A stretch of 36,197 bases of DNA from Pelomyxa schiedti. Lineage: Eukaryota; Protista; Evosea. Numbering within the stretch: the first letter of the stretch is position 1; the number at the start of each line of letters is the position of its first letter. The notes under the pieces were generated by a model. It saw nothing but the letters and a program-made list of their open reading frames with translations. It was not told the origin of the DNA and ran no database searches. Below are positions 33,711-36,197 of this stretch, in pieces. The position numbers and the translations under genes are program-made. Where the stretch lies: positions 1-36,197 of the forward strand of contig JAHLWZ010000211.1 of assembly GCA_020536535.1 (NCBI GenBank). Direction: 5' to 3'.

Positions 33711-34645
33711 ATGGCACAGTGTTCGCAGGTACAACTGGTGCTGAGAATAAGACCTCCCTCTTCAGGAGTTCAGGACTCAACAGCTTTTACTTCAGCACCT
33801 CCTATCTTAGATCCCCAGGTACAAGGAATTACCACTGCAATCTCGTCAACATCAACCTCAGTTTCTTCTGCCAAAAACAAACAAAAAATTTCTCTTCAAA
33901 GTGGCAGCAGCAAACTTCCACTACAACTGTCGGTCACAGTAACGGCTATTTCTAGTAGTAGTAGTACATCATCCCCATCTCCTGCAACTACAAGTGGAGG
34001 ACCCCCACAGCGTGCTGCTCCCTCAGGCCTCCTCAGCGCTCTGCCCCATCAGGACCTCCCCAGCACACAGCCCCAACTGCCTCCCCTCAACCAACTCAGC
34101 CAGCACAACCAACCCCAGCAGTAGTGGTGCAGCCACCCCCTCCCCAGCCCACACCACAGCCAACTCCCCTGCCGGCGGTGCAGCCCACTCCGCAGCCGGC
34201 GCCGGAACCTGTGGCACACCCTGCGAGCCCCCTGTCTTCTGATGTGCCACCTCCAGTGACACCTTCTCCTGCTGCTGAACCTCCATCCAGCTTCATGCCC
34301 CCACCCCCAACCAGCACCAAATGGGTTTCCCAGAGAAAGGATGGACCACCAGACCTTACCGTACCCCACCTGGGACTTCAACACTCCAATCACCACCTTT
34401 GGCAGCACCATGCTCCACATCGCGTGCGAGTACGGGCACGTGCCGCTCGCGAGGCAGCTCCTCGCCGTGGGCGCGACGCGAGCGGTGTGGATGTGGACAA
34501 GGGGTACCCGCTGGCCTGGGCGTGTGAGGGGAAGCACATGGGCGTGGTGGCGGCGCTGCTCGGTGCCCACGCGTGGACGTCAACGCGGCGGATACGTCGG
34601 GGTCTCTTGTTGGCAAGTTGCATGTCGGTGACGACAGTAAATAGC
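33711..34645 (+). pseudogene. Degraded gene with S/T/P/Q-rich N-terminus and ankyrin repeats
   Basis: The ATG 33711 ORF stops at 34124 and the Pro-rich sequence continues in another frame. Ankyrin-like segments STMLHIACEYGHVPLARQLLAVGA and GYPLAWACEGKHMGVVAALL lie in different frames, followed by VDVNAAD in a third. Confidence 0.65.
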
Positions 34646-34688
34646 AAGGGAAAAGAAAAACCCTCTCATTCCTTATTTTTTTCTATGA

Positions 34689-36197
34689 TCATAGGGGATT
34701 GTGGAATGGAACAGGATGGATGTCAACTGGAAGCAGGGCGACCTGCACATCTGTCTGCTTCACTTGGAACAGCACAGTGCCTGTTGTTGCATCAATGAAC
34801 TCATGTGACATTAGGACCTGTGGGATGTAGAACCTCTCTGAGATTGGTGTGACCCTCATTTTGGAGAGCCTTGGTCTCTTTGGCTCTGAGGAGTGGTGCC
34901 ATGATGACATTGACAGGGAACTTGATGTTAGAATGCCGCAACCAACAGCAGCAACCACTGATCCTGGTGAAAAGTGGTGAATGTGGATTGGAGTCACTTT
35001 GTCAAAACAGGACACTTCAGAGGAGGGTGATGGTGGCAACGAAGTGGCTGATGAAATCAGCTCTGACAGAGAATAAACTGATGTTTTCACTGTGCTATGA
35101 CCACCCTTTGTGAGACTCAGGTGCGTTTCGTCAACTGCCTCCACAATCAGTCTCCTGGCAGATGGGGAGCCTTCAATCAATGTGATAACTTGGCCTGTGT
35201 TCAGCACCAACACCTTGACTTCACAATCTCTGTTTCCAAGCAGGAAGTGATACATCCCACTAGATCTGTCAACCAGTGGTTGCGTGAGCGACTCTGCCTT
35301 GATGGCCTTCTCTGAGACATTGCACTCTCCAATCACTTTGAGTGGCACTGTCAAACAATGTTCGACATTGGCCACAAATGTGGTCAGGTTGATGTGAACA
35401 ACACACAAGAATTCATTGGTGCTCCTTTCCTCAGTGAAGATAACTTCCAGAACATCAGACTCAAAGTCAAACTCACTGGAGCCAAAGAAGCAGAGTGACA
35501 GAATGGAATCAAACCATGGGTACTTCATCAAATTCCAACAGGGATCCAGTTGAGTGTTCTCCACCTTGCACACGAACAACCCAGATTCATTGGTGCTCTG
35601 TCTGACTCCAGCAATGACAACCCACCTCTGGTTGCAGCACCCCTTCGTGCCCTTCAACTTTATTTTGGATTCACCAGGAATCGCAGAATCTTCCTTCACC
35701 TCCCACACACTGAATTTCTTCAACCACTCCTTCTGGGTGATGACGGTGTTTCCCCCAATCCACCCAACACAGAACTCCTCCAGTGAAACCACAACAGGCT
35801 TGTGGACCAGCCCAAGTGTTGGCCCCACACTGAAGAACACGAAGTAGTCCTCAGATTCATTATAATCAGCAGTTGGATTTGCCCCAAATTCCACAAGGAC
35901 CCTCCTCTCAGGCCACATCACCCACCTCTTCCCGATCAGTTCCACCAACACCCACAATGGCAAAATGCCAACGCAACAACCGGTCGGTGGCGTTGCTGCA
36001 GGTGACACCACAGGTTCAGATTCGGAGGAGGATTGTTGGGATGGGGATGGGGAAGGCGACGGGACGTCATTATGGGGTGGTGGTGGAGGAGCGCTGGATG
36101 ACGAGGATGATGAATGAGCGAAAATGAGTTGAACGATCTGGGACCGAGCCCGCGTCCCACAATTGATCGCCACCGCACTGTCGTCAAAGTCACGGTG
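34689..36197 (-). CDS. Orphan 'ARxQ' family protein, copy 7 (frame open to the window end; start lies outside)
   Basis: RARSQIVQLIFA...CCVGILPLWVLVELIGKRWVM...FSVGPTLGLV...CNQRWVV...FDFESDVLEV...PLVDRSSGMY...FIDATTGTVLF. Clearly homologous to copy 2 (YNFESDILEV, PLVDRAERKY). Confidence 0.82.
   Translation of the reverse strand, partial: HRDFDDSAVAINCGTRARSQIVQLIFAHSSSSSSSAPPPPPHNDVPSPSPSPSQQSSSESEPVVSPAATPPTGCCVGILPLWVLVELIGKRWVMWPERRVLVEFGANPTADYNESEDYFVFFSVGPTLGLVHKPVVVSLEEFCVGWIGGNTVITQKEWLKKFSVWEVKEDSAIPGESKIKLKGTKGCCNQRWVVIAGVRQSTNESGLFVCKVENTQLDPCWNLMKYPWFDSILSLCFFGSSEFDFESDVLEVIFTEERSTNEFLCVVHINLTTFVANVEHCLTVPLKVIGECNVSEKAIKAESLTQPLVDRSSGMYHFLLGNRDCEVKVLVLNTGQVITLIEGSPSARRLIVEAVDETHLSLTKGGHSTVKTSVYSLSELISSATSLPPSPSSEVSCFDKVTPIHIHHFSPGSVVAAVGCGILTSSSLSMSSWHHSSEPKRPRLSKMRVTPISERFYIPQVLMSHEFIDATTGTVLFQVKQTDVQVALLPVDIHPVPFHNPL

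Noticed and set aside
1-36197. Prokaryotic or phage interpretation (operons, defence systems, CRISPR)
   Set aside because: Conserved eukaryotic genes with spliceosomal introns are present throughout. There is no regularly spaced repeat-spacer array and no cas-like ORF.

Overview
This is eukaryotic nuclear DNA, not prokaryotic. Genes are densely packed and broken by many short (mostly ~40-100 nt) GT-AG introns, often with CTAAC-like branch sites. The style of the repeated orphan family resembles the archamoeba Pelomyxa, but that is my recollection and is unverified. The central ~5-25.7 kb is mostly intron-rich genes: a prokaryote-type GH116 glycosidase (with a second partial tandem copy), UBE4B/Ufd2, an HD-tuin-like nucleoplasmin/C2H2 protein, WDR82/Swd2, an FG-motif low-complexity protein, syntaxin-18 and a DUF1232+RING E3 ligase. 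Around and within this core are seven long members (intact or frameshifted) and one fragment of an almost intronless orphan family. Members share an N-terminal 'AR[DSA]Q[FLI]...LP..l...iG..WV' motif and a beta-rich, propeller-like body. There is also an ankyrin pseudogene, a dispersed repeat family with a perfect 35-bp inverted repeat, microsatellites and three 100-N scaffold gaps. Two gaps have 121-nt duplicated flanks that artificially split genes. The best candidates for new biology are the expanding, possibly F-box-like orphan family and the HD-tuin-like gene, since HD-tuins are usually described as plant-specific.
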